Shown here one piece after another: positions 41,787 through 56,723 of a DNA stretch of 64,000 nt. The translations under genes and the position numbers were made by a program. The notes under the pieces were generated by a model that saw nothing but the letters and a program-made list of their open reading frames with translations, made no database searches and was not told the origin of the DNA. Position 1 is the first letter of the stretch, and every line of letters begins with the position of its first letter. Source of the stretch: the human T2T-CHM13v2.0 reference genome, Homo sapiens; NCBI RefSeq assembly GCF_009914755.1, contig NC_060929.1, one strand, 5' to 3'.

Positions 41787-42162
41787 TGTATTAATCCATT
41801 CTCACACTGCTATAAAGAACTGCCTGAGACTGGGTAATTTATAAAGAAAAGAAGTTCAACTGACTCACAGTTCCACATGGCTGGGGAGGCCTCAAGAAAC
41901 TTACAGTCATGGCAGAGGGGGAAGCAAACACATCCTTCTTCACAAGGCGGCAGGAGAGAGAAGTGCTGAGCAAAGAGGAAAAAGCCCCTTATAAAACCAT
42001 CAGATCTCATGAGAACTCACTCACTATCATGAGAACAGCAGCATGGGGGTAACTGCCCCCATGATTCCATTACCTCCCACCAGGTCTCTCCTATGACACC
42101 TGGGGATTACGGTAACTACAGTTCAAGATAAGATTTGGGTGGGGACGTAGCCAACCGTATCA
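41787..42162 (-). mobile_element. THE1 (C/D-type) solo LTR
   Basis: TG...CA termini, THE1 body and a perfect 5-bp TSD ctagc (41782-41786 and 42163-42167). Confidence 0.93.
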
Positions 42163-42236
42163 CTAGCAACGTGGGATAGGAAGTATAGCTATCACTCCAT
42201 TGTTTAGATGGGGAATAGGGCTCAAAGAGGTTAAAT

Positions 42237-42537
42237 CAGCACTGTCCAATATAATACAAGCTGCATATGTGATATTATTTTCTAAGGTAAAGAGAAACAG
42301 GTAAAATTCATCTTAATAATGTATCTTATTTAAACCAGTATACCTCAAATATTATCGTTTTAACATGTAACCAACACTTTAAAATTATTAATGAGTTCTT
42401 TCATACTCTTTTCATCCTAAGTCTTGGAAATCTGGTGTGTATCTCACACTCACAGCACATGTCAGTTCATACCAGTCACATTTTAAGTGCAGAGTCATCA
42501 CCTGTGGCCAGTGGCTTCCTTCCTGGGTAGCACAGGG
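42237..42537. mobile_element. MER33-like hAT element inserted in a MIR
   Basis: cagcactgtccaata...aaagagaaacaggtaaaatt...cacactcacagcacat; flanked by ggttaa. Confidence 0.75.
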
Positions 42538-44245
42538 TTAATGGTTAAACGCTGCATCTCAGGTCACACAGCAGGTTAAGGAAAGCAGAAATGAGAGTGA
42601 GGGTTCCGAATTTCTCACGCCCTGTTCTTTGCATGCATCACCTGCTTCTCGAGTGTTCCTGCCTGCCTGGAGGCAGTATATTGTGGTGGCGAGGGGTGTG
42701 AACTGTGGCTTAGATTAGAGATTCACATCCCAGCAGTGCTGCTTTTTAGCCATGGGGCCTTGAGCAAGTTCCCTGTCTGCACTCCAGTTTTACATGTGTA
42801 AAATGGTGATGATAATGAGGCCTGCCACATGAGGTCGAGGTGAAGAGTAAATTCATTTTATTAATAAATTAGCTCCGTACAGCACCCGGCATATTCAAGC
42901 CCTCAGTAAATATTCAGGGGCTCCCCTTTTAAAGGAGTCCTGCCTGTGCTGTAAAGGCTCATCTGCTACTGGAAGGAGGAGCTGCTTGGGCAGCTTTTGG
43001 GTTGACTAAGAGCTTATTCGATCAGCCTACTTCCCATGAGCTTGCACTTCCAGGGACCAGGAGGGGGAATGGAGGTTGCTGCTGGAATGTTTGGATTTGA
43101 GGGTTTGGAGTTTTCCAGTGCATCCAGACAAGGATGCAGCCACTCTGATAGCTTTTCACACAGCAAACGCTGGTTGGCCCCTACCAGGTGCCAGTCTTGT
43201 GCGAGATACCCTGGGGGACGCTGACAGTCAGCAGCATGACGTTTCCTCACTTAGCACGGTGCCAGGCGGACTTCCTGTTCCCGTGGGTACTGCATGATTT
43301 GTCGTCTCTGTGTCCTTGCTGACGTTTTATCCTCCCCTCAGTGCCTTTCCCTCTCCCAAATTTCCTCTTGTCCAAACCCACTTAAATGCCACCTCCCCTG
43401 AGCCTCATTCCTTGACCCTTGCCCCAGCCATCCTCCTTACCCCAAAAGCTGGAAACAGACACACTCCTTTCAGATTCCTGTAATGCTGTCTCTACCTCCC
43501 GGAGTCCCTTATGCACCCTCTGTCTTGAGGGGGCTGCCCCACTACACCAACATCTCCTGAAGGACTCTCATTGACCTCGAGATTCTTCCAGCACCTCCCT
43601 CACAACTGGCACGGGATGAACAAACTCATTAGAGAATGAATGAATGGAGTTAATCTTATCTCCCAGTTTAACTGAAAAGACAGAGACAGTGGCTTCTTCT
43701 GTAAACACCACAGCAGAACAAACGTCCATGCTGGCCTACTGAGTAATAGTTGTCAAAGGAGCATGTTCAAAAACACAGAGCCCTAGGCTGCCTCCCGCAA
43801 GGATTGTTTCAGCAGGTCTGAGGTGGGGCCCAGCAAGCTGTATATTTTTTCATCTCTCTAAGAGATTCTACAACACAGACAGGCTTGGAGAGACCCCCAA
43901 CTTGGACCATTTAACTAGTGAGAGGACTAACATGTACATATTTATGATGCAGCTACAGGGCCCATGTGGACAAAGTACTGTGATTTCATTTCACAAGTAC
44001 TCTTAGGTGTTAATTGTGTAAAGGAACTTCGGGTCCCATTTGGTTAAAATGTAGCTCTTATGAAAGGAAGTTGTAGGAAAGAAAGGGGGATGCCTGGAAG
44101 GGCCTTGGATTCCCTGGAAGACACTTGGACTGTGTTCAGGGAGCAGCATGGAACACCGCCGCTGGGGGAATGGCATTATCGGGCCACATGAGAGCATGTG
44201 GCCAGGACATCTGCACCTTCACACCATGTTCTTCTTCTCTGACAG

Positions 44246-44363
44246 GTCTCCCGTGATGGCCGGTGGACTGTTCGCCGTGGATCGGAAGTGGTTCTGGGAA
44301 CTCGGCGGGTATGACCCAGGCTTGGAGATCTGGGGAGGGGAGCAGTATGAAATCTCCTTCAAG
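44246..44363 (+). CDS. GALNT10: GALNT10 internal coding exon (probably exon 7, 118 bp): [39 protein letters not shown]
   Basis: ttctctgacag acceptor, AAG|gtgagc donor; MAGGLFA and WGGE Gal/GalNAc-T motif. Confidence 0.97.
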
Positions 44364-44814
44364 GTGAGCCAGCTCTCCAGACGCCCCGTTCTTGGCACAG
44401 CCTCCTGAGTGCCTGTCCCAGTAGGTGTCTCAGCTTCTGCCTGAGCTTGGAAAGACTGGAGGCCTCAGGGTTCTGTAGCCCTTCTGCCCATCAGGTGAAG
44501 AAGACAGGGGCTCATGGGCCACTCTTTGTTGTGGGGTGGGGGGGTGTGGGAGGGAAGGGGAGTACTCTCCAGCTGCCAAAGGCTGGTCCTCACCACAGCT
44601 CTGACTGGCATTTGCCTTGTGTCTTCTTAAGATGTTGGAATAAGGTCTTGCTTCTACTCAGATGGCAGGTCTGAGATTGAGATGTCCAGCAAATAAGCAG
44701 TGGGCCAGAGAAGCTAGGAAGGCCAAACAGGATACGTAGGCCTAGAGGAGTCCTCTCAGTCACCCCAAGTTTTCCCTTTGTACCTGTTGCTCTAGGAGTT
44801 TGACAAAGACCAGT

Positions 44815-45050
44815 GAGCATAAGCTCCAGTTGTAAAGTTACAAAGGCCTGGATTCAGATCCCAGCTCCATCATCAGGAGCTATCTGACTTTGGGCAAGTT
44901 AGATCACCCCCCCGAGCTTTCTTTCCTCATCTGAAATAAGGGAATAATAATACTACCTAGCTTACAGAGCTATCGTGAAGATTAAATGAGATCATGTCTA
45001 GAAAGTGCTTAGCATACAACCTGGGAACATGACCAGCAATTAATAATTGG
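44815..45050. mobile_element. MIR
   Basis: ggattcagatcccagctcc...gactttgggcaagtt...gaagattaaatgagatcatg...aaagtgcttagca. Confidence 0.75.
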
Positions 45051-45801
45051 TAGAAATTGTTAAAGTTTCGGTGAGTAAATATTTACTGTAACCTACTTGA
45101 CCAGCCTATGGACTCTGGAAGCTTTCTGACAGTAGTGGTAAAGGAGTTACTAGTTAACTAATAACTAATTAAGCACCCAAACTTCCAAGGCTACATTCTC
45201 CACTTTATTTGTGGGAGTCTGTCTTGTTCTCAAGTGAAAGCTTGGACCTTCTGAGGGGAGGGTTAGCTTGTCCCATGCCCTTGTGGCCTGTCAGAGTCAG
45301 CTTCTAACAGCTTAGACCCCTGGCTAAGGCATATCCCCAGCCCACAAGGGACAGATAGCACCATTACTGATCTGACCCCTGTGAACACACAACTCTGATG
45401 CCCCCTCATCGGGCCTCAACTTTCAGTGCAAAGGACCATTGTCAGGCACAGTGAATTAAGGCTTTGGTATTGGTGCCAGAGTGCCACGATCAGATCCTAG
45501 CTCTGCCGTGTCCTGCCAGCTGTGTGATCTTGGGCAAGGAATCCTCACCTCACTGAGCCTTGGTTTCTACTTCCATAAAGTGGGTTTAATGAAACGTTAA
45601 TCCTCACAGAGTTGTTGAGAGGATTAAGTGAGACCATGCTTATTAGGTGCTTCTTAATAAATTATCCTAAAGATTATTATCAATACATTAATATTATTAT
45701 CTGCAACAGTGGTTGAGTAGTTCAGAACTGGAGAACATAAATTCTTGATTAGCCAAAAAAAAAAAAAAACCTACAATTCTTTTGATGTTATTTAGGTTTG
45801 A

Positions 45802-46277
<476 letters not shown>

Positions 46278-46729
46278 TAAACAATGGTGCATCCACTCCA
46301 GCGTGTAACAAGTGAAGTTCGGTCCTGATCATAGCTAACAGGACAGTGTGCCAAGCCCTTCATACATGCTGACTTGTTTAATCCTCACAACAACCTTAGG
46401 AGAGTTGTATCATTATTATACCCGTTTCACCAGGAAGGCAAGCAAAGCTCAGACCAAGGCCTCGCACAGCCGGAAGAAGCAGAACTGGGGCCCAAACGCA
46501 GGTCTGCTTGACTCCAAAGCCCACGCTCTGACCTGCTATTTTTGTTGTTGTTTAAATCATACCCAGACTGTTCTGAAAACCTGCCATGTTTTATGGACCT
46601 CTGCCTCACCCTTTCTGGGATTTTTTTTTTTTTTTTGCCTCTTCTGGTATTATTCCTAGTTTACTTGGATATTCTGCAATTTCTTAGTTAATGGAATTAA
46701 TAACAATCTAAGTCGGAAGTGGCAAATAG

Positions 46730-46918
46730 GGCCAGGAATGGTGGCCGAGATGGGAGGATCTCTTGAGCCTAGGAGTTTGAGACCAGCCTGGACAACACAA
46801 CACGACCCCATCTCATTAAAAAAAAAAAAAAAAAGAAGGAAAGAAAGAGAGAGAGAGAAGGAGTGGGGAGGGAGAGAGGGAGGGGGAAAGGGAGAGAGAG
46901 AGACAGAGAGAGAGACAC
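46730..46918 (+). mobile_element. Deleted Alu monomer (FLAM-like) with an A tail that has expanded into a GA-rich purine tract
   Basis: ggccagg...gggaggatctcttgagcctaggagtttgagaccagcctgg; ~95-nt almost pure purine run. Confidence 0.75.
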
Positions 46919-47139
46919 AGCAAATAGGTTTCTACTCCCTGCCAGGCCAACTCTGATCCATTGGTAGGGGCTGCCCCAGGTGGGTGTTGATATGCATTCT
47001 GAGGCTGCTTCCAAGCTTATCAGCAAAGAGTAGTCAGTGGGGGAGGGATCTTTTTGTGTTTCACTCACCGCCATATCCCAAGTACCTAAAGCCTGGTCCA
47101 ACACAGAAAAGACACTATGAGACCAATTTTTATGAGTCA

Positions 47140-48074
<935 letters not shown>

Positions 48075-48536
48075 TGTAAGAGGCCGTGTTTGCCCATTTC
48101 CCTTTGCTGGGAGAATTTCACAAAGCCCCTGACTCCGGGACACTGTGCAGCTCTCTGGAAAAATGTTTTAAAGGCAAAACAGGATAGAACGCATGGCCCC
48201 CCATGTCTCTCGCCTGAGTCACTAATTCCATCAAAGATAAATGACCCTAGTCCTCGCCTTTCTCTACTCATAAAATAACACCCGACAAGAATAGTGACTA
48301 TGTTTCTGTAATCTATAACCAGATGTACTCTAACACCCAAACCTTGATGTAATTTTTCACATACTAAATCTTCACCACCTATGTATAAACTAAAATACTA
48401 CGTTGGAGGAGTCTGAGAGAACCTTTCTAAAAGCCTCCTCCCAGGCTACAGGCCTTGGTCTATAATCCTCAAGAAGACTTCTAAATAAAACTAACTTTAA
48501 TTCTTTAAAAGCTTCGTTTTTTTTCTTTAGTTGACA
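48075..48536 (+). mobile_element. ERV1 LTR (MER67-like)
   Basis: TG...CA termini (tgtaagagg...ttagttgaca), AATAAA at 48484-48489, TGAGTCA at 48215-48221; body resembles MER67. Confidence 0.75.
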
Positions 48537-49554
48537 GCAGTTAACAAATATTGGCTGAATACTCCAAGTAAGTGTGTCCCTGGCCAGAATCAGCCTCCAA
48601 GCTCCTAACTGGCTCCTTGCTCTAGAAGACCCTCTTCAGAACCCCCACCATGGAGAACAGTGAATGGAGAAAGATTTGCACAAAGGAATTTCTAAACCAG
48701 CCCAAAATGATTTCATTCTATGTGTTTCAAAGACCCATCTACTGATGCTCATCAGGCAATTATGGCAGAACAAATGGCATTTTTCTCCACAGTTATTTAC
48801 AATAGACTTGGTAATGAAGCCATATTGGAAGTATCTCATCCGGGAGGGGGAAGGAGGCTGGCTTACATTTCCATTTGATCCAATTATGTCCGTCACTCTC
48901 CAGAGGAAATGAGACAGTGTAATGAGGAGGCTCCTGAGGTCCGGAAGGGAGACTTTTCTCCCTGGGCTTTCTCTCTCCTGGCTTGGAAAAGGAGAGTTTC
49001 TGGAGCCAGCAACAGCCCATCTGCCAGTGCACTGTCTCCCAGGACCCTGTGGAAAGACTGCCTGCAGGGCTGAGGGGAACAGGTGAGCCCATTCATCCCT
49101 GGCAGCGCCCTGCTGGAATGCAGGTGTTCTCTTTCAGCCAGAGCTGGCATTTACGAAGGACCGAATTCCCTCTGATTCATCTCTGCTAAGATCCCTTTTC
49201 TTGGTGACAGAGAGAAGCCTGGTCTGAAAGGCATGAGTGTATTTTCAGAAATTAAGATCAATCAACACGTACCTTCAGGGCTGAGGGCTGATTCCAGACC
49301 GGATTCTCTATCCTGATGAGAAAATCCCCAAAAAGTGTCCCAACAGCTCTGAAATTTCTAGAAAAGTCATTGACTTTCCCTTTCCCTCCCTCCTTCTCTG
49401 TCTGTCTCTCTCAGCAGAGCAAAGTTCTCACGTGGAAGTCAGAATCTTCCTAGTTCTAGTGGTTGGACAAGTCTTTAACTCCATAGCCTAGCTCCAGCTA
49501 GGTTCATGAGCTGGCCCTACTGCTCTCTCCTTTCCCCTTTTCCTCTTATCCCAT

Positions 49555-50020
49555 TGCATTAGTCTGGATTCTTGCTTACAGATAACCAAAACCTTAGTCA
49601 ATCTGATTTAAGCAAAAACCAGAATTGATAGGCTCACATAACTGAAATTCCAGGGTAGACCCTAAGGCCGGGCTGGATGCAGGGACTCAGTCATCTCACT
49701 CGGGCTAGGTCTCTCTCAATGCCTAGTCCCTATTTCATCTGAGTTGGCTTCCCTCTCAGGTGGGCTTTTTCTCATGGAGATCCTCAGCAGCCCATGGAAG
49801 GAGAGTGTTTTTCCCATCATCTTGTACAAGTCCCCAGGTTGAGTCTCATTGGCCTGCTGGCCCCATGCCCATCCCTGAACAATACTGCAATTGGTCACCT
49901 GCAGTCACATGCCCTGTGACTGCAGGAAGGTGGGGATGGGCTAGTTACCCAAAGGAAAGTCCAGGTGCTGTGCCCAGAAGGGAGAATGGATGTGGGGCAG
50001 AGCAAACCGTAGATGTCTAC
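49555..50020. mobile_element. MLT1J-type LTR
   Basis: tgcattagtctggattctt...ggctcacataactgaaa...ggctggatgcagggactc...catgcccatccctgaac. Confidence 0.7.
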
Positions 50021-51020
50021 CTTACCCAGCCAGACAAGACTGCATGTAAGAACCAGGCTTACGGGCCAGCCCCTCTCTGCAGGCCCACACTGTACACTCC
50101 TGAAATGCCATTCCTTAGTCTGGCCAACCCTCATTCACCCTTCCAATCTCAGCTTATATAGATGGCTCCCCATGCTGCCTAGGAACTACCCCACATTGCA
50201 CTCCCATCTCTGCATGCTCCCTGGAGGCAGGGAGGAGGTTTTGTCCACCTCTATATCCCCAGTCTCTGGCCCACATCAGTGTTTTCAGTAAGTGTTAGTG
50301 TGTTAGTGGCATCACTTCCAACTGATATACCTCCTTGGTACTACCCTTCCCAGACTTAGGAGGCCATCTTTGGACAATGGTGTATGGTGGGAAAGTGCTC
50401 AGCAAGGAGGCTCTCCTTCCATCCTAGGACCCTGGGCCAGTTGTTTCACCTCTGGTCCTCATACCCCAGACTGTGCTGATACGGTTTTCCTTCCTACCCC
50501 ACAAGATAGGATCAAATGAGATGCTGTGTGGACAGCCCTCTGACATACACAGATATGAGGGGTTGTTTGGATTAGGGGGGGAGGCAGCAGGATGAGCAGA
50601 AAGGAAACTGCACAGTGTCCCCAGGAGGCCATGGTTAGGATATCTCCAACTATGAGATACGGGAGACAGAAAGTATCCAACCAGGACAATGTGACCAAAC
50701 TAAAGTGAGAAAAATGTAGGCTTTGGGGCAGTGTAAGTGGGTATATCTTCTGTGAATAGCAATTTGGCAAAATCCATTACATTTCAGAGCAAGCACATTC
50801 TTTGACCTGAAATTCCATGCCCAGGAGTTTATATAAGAGAGACAGTGATGAGCAAAGATTTATTTGCTGAAGTGTTACTTACCATAGCAGAAGATTGAAA
50901 ATGACCCAAATGCACGTCCTTTGGGGATAAATAAGTTAGAGCATATCTAAACAAGAAAATATTACGTAAAATAAATTGGAGGTCTCCACAAAAAAAAAAA
51001 AACACAAAAAAAAAAACCCA

Positions 51021-51311
51021 TTTTTTTTCAGACAGGATCTCACACCGTTGCCCAGGCTGGAGGGCAGTGACGTGATCAGAGCTCACTGCAGCTTCAACAC
51101 CCCAGGGCTCAAGCAGTTGTCCCACTTCAGCCTCCCAAATAGCTGGGACTACAGGTCTACACCACCACTCCCGGCTAATTTTTTAATATTTTGTAATGAC
51201 AGGGTCTCCATATGTTGCCCAGGCTGGTCTCAAACTCCTGGCCTCAAGCAGTCTTCCTGCCTCGGGCTCCCAACATGCTGGCATTACAGGTATGAGCCAC
51301 CGCGCCCAGCC
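51021..51311 (-). mobile_element. AluJ within an L1M fragment (~50690-51480)
   Basis: Full dimer in antisense orientation. Confidence 0.88.
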
Positions 51312-51488
51312 CATCTCACTTCTGAAAATGACTCAGTGCCATGAACCCTTCATCCCTAGTGGCCTTTGGGGGTGGGAGGTCTTCAAAGTACAGCCGTCTC
51401 TTTCTACCTAATGTGTGTCTGCAACATCGAACTTGTTCATCATAAGTACGTATTACTTCTGTAACCAGGAAAAGTTACAAGAAGAAGG

Positions 51489-51805
51489 GGCCAGGCACAG
51501 TGGCTCATGCCCGTAATTCTCACATTTTGGGAGGTCGAGGCAGGAGTATTGCTTGAGCCCAAAAGTTCAAGACCAGCTTTGGGCAACACAGTGAGACCTC
51601 ATCTCTAAAAAAAAGTTCTTTTAATTAGCTGGGCATGGTGGTGTGCTGCGTGCCTGTAGTCCCAGCTACTTGGAAGGCTAAGGTAGGAGGAGGATTCCTT
51701 TAGCCTGGAGGTCAAGGCTGCAATAAGCCATGTTCATGACACTGCACTCCAGCCTGGGTGATAGAGTGAGAACTTGTCTCAAAGGAAAGAAAAAAAAAAT
51801 AAGAA
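51489..51805 (+). mobile_element. AluJ
   Basis: Full dimer with A-rich tail; AluJ-type ttgagccc and ggctgcaataagcc. Confidence 0.9.
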
Positions 51806-53729
51806 AATGTTGGGTTCTCAGCACTTCCAGCCCACCCCCATCCATATACATTCCAGCACATTGTTGGGGCCATTTGCAAGCTCTGAGATGAGATTCTGCA
51901 CAAGTCAGCAGTGCAGAGACTCCCAGGGAAGGCCTGAGGCCGCCAAGAGCAACTCTGCAGGGTCTGCTCCAAGAGGCAGAGGTGGGCCCCACCGTCCTTG
52001 GCAAAATGGAGATTGGTCTGAGGGTTCCATGAGGCAGGCTTGCAGGAGCAAGGGAGTGATAGAAAGCCATGTGAGGGGACGAGAGGGAGGACACCCTCCC
52101 CTGCAGAAGTCAGGAAGGTCTTTGAGCTTGTTCTGAGAGGAAAACCCATTCTCTGGGTAGAGGAATGAAGACTCAGAGGAGACTGGGGTTCGCTTTGTGT
52201 GATACTGATATGGTTACTGAAAGGCTAGCCCAGTCCCAGGCTACGTGAACAGACTTAAAAAAAAAAAAAAAAAACTCTGATTTTTTTTTTCCCATAAAAC
52301 TCAGTGTTATCAAGAAGACTAAGTGAAACAGGACGTGTGAAAAGAAGGCAGGACACACCCAGAAGCTGAGCAAGGGTGATATTGCAACGTGGCCCAGAGC
52401 GGTTAGGTGACTGGGCAGGGTCCCTCCACCGGAAGGTGGCAGTGCCAAGGCTAAATCCCAGATGCCCTGGCTCCAAGCCCAGTGCTCATCTCATTCCGCC
52501 TGGTGGTAGGAGTAGAGAAAAGGTGTATCCAGTCTAAAGAGAGGCCCGTGTTCCAGGAAGGGCCCAGAGGTCAGGACCAGCCCTGAGAGGGGTTAAGTTG
52601 CCACACAGGAGGGAGAAATGATTGCCAAAGGCCAGCCCAAGCACCAGAAGGATATCCAGGGCCACCATCAGGCAACTATATGGCAATACATTTCCCCATC
52701 CTTTTCCCTGCCCCTACCAGCACCCTCTGCCTCGGACAGCTGCAGCATGGCTGCCAGGAACCTGGTCCTCATTTCTTCCTTTCCCTGTGTTATCCAAGGA
52801 TGATGGAAATATGCTCTGATACATGCAGCATTTTCGTCCTGGGGCCACATATGCCCAGCCTTTGCAAGAGCCATCTGCTAGAAACAGGGAAGGCATTCTG
52901 CTCATGACTCTCGGCAAGTCATTTGAAATTCCATGAGTGTCCCTGCCTGTGGAGCCTGCTTCTCCCACCACTCCTCCAAGGAGACGGCTCAAAGGCCCGA
53001 GGGTCGCCTGTGTGTATGTTACTCCCTAACCAGCACACACCTACCTCATGGTGCCTTGGCTCTTTCATCCCTAAAAGTGGTAATAAAATAACTTCTTCAA
53101 AAGTTTGTTGTAAGAACTAAATGGGATGATATGTATATTTGGCCTAGAGCTAACCAAAGAGGAGGCACTAAATAAGTGGCAGCTGTTCTGATCATAACCC
53201 TCAGGTAAGGAGGCAGAACAGCACAGTATTACACAGATGGGCTTCAGCATCAAACTGCCTGGGTTCTAGTGCAAATTCAATGAGCTAGCTGCTGTGTGAC
53301 TTTGGGAAAGTGACTTAACCTCTCCTCTTTATATTATTTAGGGGATGGAATAATCTTTACTTCATAGTGCAGTCGTGAGCATGATATGAGCCAAAATATA
53401 TTAAAAGCTTAGCTCAGTGCCTGGAACATAATAAATGTTCGCTAAATGATAGCTGTTAATGTCAGCATGGTTGTGGTTATTGTGATCGGGCTGTGGTTGC
53501 AGGAAGACAAGAGTGGAAAGAGGCTGGCAAGACAGGTCAAAAGGCCTTGGCTCTAGGCCCTGTTCTGGAACAAACTCTCTGTGAGATCTTGGACTCATCT
53601 GCCCTTTCTCCTGAACTTTTATTTCGCCATCTACAGAGGGGCACCAATCATCCCAAATTCACAGGGCTGTTAGGAAATATAGTGTGAACTGGCAGGCACA
53701 GTCACCTGAGACGCTGTCACCATTCCAGT

Positions 53730-53915
53730 ACGCGGTGGCTCCCAAGGTGTGAACCCTGGACGAGCAGCATTAGCATCACCGGGGAACTTATTAGAAATGC
53801 AAATTACCAGGCTCCACCCCAGGCTGCTGAGTCAGAGGCTGCCGTGGAGCCCAGCCAGCTGTGTTTCAACATGCCCTGCAGGTGCTTCCGATGAGGCCCA
53901 AGGTTGAAAATCGCA
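53730..53915. mobile_element. MER5A
   Basis: agcagcattagcatcacc...ttagaaatgcaaatt. Confidence 0.7.
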
Positions 53916-54139
53916 GCTGTAATGAATAGGTGGGAGGTTGTGCAGAGAGGATGCTCAGGCGTGGGTGTGGAAGGACAGAGTAAATGGGCAGGTTGGTTGG
54001 CAGGTTGGCCAACAAGTTCCAATACCTTCACCCGGCTTTCAAGGCTCTGTATCTTTGGTCCACCCTTGGCAGTTCGTTTCTGTTCCATTTTTTCCAGCAT
54101 GGTTTTTAGAACAAACCTGACCAATGACCAGATCATGTA

Positions 54140-54172
54140 TGAATGAATGAATGAATGAATGAATGAATGAAT
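54140..54172. repeat. (GAAT)n tetranucleotide repeat
   Basis: Read directly from the sequence. Confidence 0.9.
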
Positions 54173-54772
54173 TAGGTAATTAATGTTTGTTTGGGGTTTC
54201 AACAGTCACAGAAAGAAAAATTCACAAGCCCCCAGGGCAGAAAAGTGAATGCATTGCGGCCAGTTGTCAGCAGCATCCACATAGGGAGTCCAGCGGGTAT
54301 GGAGAGGGTAGGAGGTGATAGGTGGGAGCAGGTGGCAGAGGGCCTGATTGCAAGCCAAGGGTGACCCCTTTGTTCTGCAGACAATACAAGTGCTGTTAGG
54401 GATCTTTGAGGAAGACCATGATAGGGTGGGTCCAGACCTTAGGAAAACACAGTCTCTGTGGAACTCTCAGATCTGCCTAGTTCTGACCCAACCCCAGGTT
54501 CCATTTTGGGTTCTGCCATTTATGCACTGGGCAACCCTGGGGAAAGTGTTAATTAAACCTCGGTTTCCTCATGTGTAAAGGGTGTGATCATGCCTCCCTC
54601 GCTGGGTTGCTGTGAGATTGCTGTATTTCCAAATCTGAGTCAAAACCTAATGTAAAGTAACCATCTCGCCCTTGTTGGGGAAGTAACTAACTATAAACAC
54701 TTAAGGATATTGTTGAGATAGTCCTATGTTTAATTTATTAATTTAGATGCACATATGCTTAAAACTGTATCA

Positions 54773-55087
<315 letters not shown>

Positions 55088-56469
55088 TTAAATTTAGATG
55101 TAAATTTAAAACTAAAGTTGTTCTTTTCTACTTTTTTTTTTTTTTTTACCAGCTGCATCCAGTAAACATCCAAAACCAGCATGACTGAGGTTGTCCTTTC
55201 ATGGTGGTGATACTTCTTGAAACAATATCTTGTTGAAAACAAACTAATACATTCAAAATAATATGAGTTTCTTTTCAGCCGGGAATTGTGTAGCATTCAT
55301 GCAACGCCCTCCACCAGTAGCGATGGGCCACGTGCCCACAGGACACCATATGGATAGCTCACGGTGTCCTCTGAGCTTCTACATTACCTCATTTTAGCCT
55401 CACCACAACCCTAAGGAGGTAGGCACAGTAATTTTTCCCATTTTGCAGAGGAGGAAACTGAGGCTTTCAGACTTATAAAACTTGCTTAACAGCCTGTGTG
55501 GGACCTCAATTCTAATTCCAGAACCAAGCTCCTAACTGCTACCCTATGTGCCTCCTAAGCACACAGTGAATGCTGAATGATTGGTGGCAATTATTAGTAT
55601 AGTCTTTCCCCCAAATGCAACTGATTAGGGTTTGAACTTCATAGGGGTCCTCAGCTGAGATGCCAACGGCAAAAGCCGTGGCCAGCTGCCAGTCTTTTCC
55701 TTATCTCTGGGCAGGTCGGGTGCCGTGCCATTCCTGGCTAGCTTCCAGGCAGCCATTTCCTCAACAGAGAGAAGCTCTGCCCCAGCCCCTGCCCTCTCGG
55801 GTTCCCCTCCATGGACGATCCCTTCCACTGCGCCCTTCTTTCTGGGTCCCATTGTGTTTTCCCAATGCACATCACCACTCGTTTCTTTCCCCCTCAGTTT
55901 AGGAGATAAGAGCGGGTAATTGTCTTTTATAGGCACTGTAATGAAGCCTGTCATCACACAAAAGAAGTTTGCTAATAAAATAAATCAAAGCAGCAATGAA
56001 AATGAATGGGGAACAGGCTTTCACAATTAGATTTGTACTTGTCTAGAGGCATGGTGCTTCTATGAGAAGACTGCCACAGGGGCAGTGAAAGGGTCCTGGA
56101 AACAAGCTGGCAGGATATGTTTGGGAACTCCTGTGCTGGGAACTCCTGCGGTGGAGCAGCAAGGGACCCAGAGCAGACAGCTGCATCCCCCTACAGGGGT
56201 GGGAGTTGAAGGGACAGGGCAGGGAGAAAGCTGACAGCAACACAAGGAGAGGAACTGCAAAATGTCATCTCAGTGGCCTGTATTTGTCTGCATCTCGAAC
56301 AAGATGGGTTCCTGGTCAAAGATGATCCAGCTGCTGCCATCCCTGGAGCTCCCCTTCTCTTTGTCCCCAGCTGGACTCTGCTCCTGCCTCTTGGGTGAGA
56401 GGACAGTGCTCTTGGGTGGCCAGGCCCCAAATGGTATACAGGGACCCTGCCCCACCCCACCTGCCCCAA

Positions 56470-56723
56470 CAGAGTATGTCTGGGCTGGGGATGGAGATAG
56501 CAGGAAGTAGTGGGGGACAAAGGACCTTTTAGGAGCCAGGTGGAAGAGCAGCCCTTCTACAGCCCCTGAACTAATCAAGACATGAAGCCCAATCCCCACA
56601 ACCACATGGAGCAGTTCCAACTGAAAAGAGCACTTTTGCACAGAATCTGGGTTGCAGATGTCCCCATTCCTGCCCCCTGTTCCACAAATGAGAGAATATG
56701 GTAGCAAGATTCATAATAATATC
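56470..56723 (+). repeat. Copy 1 of a ~255-bp local direct duplication
   Basis: Aligns to 59648-59902. Confidence 0.93.
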
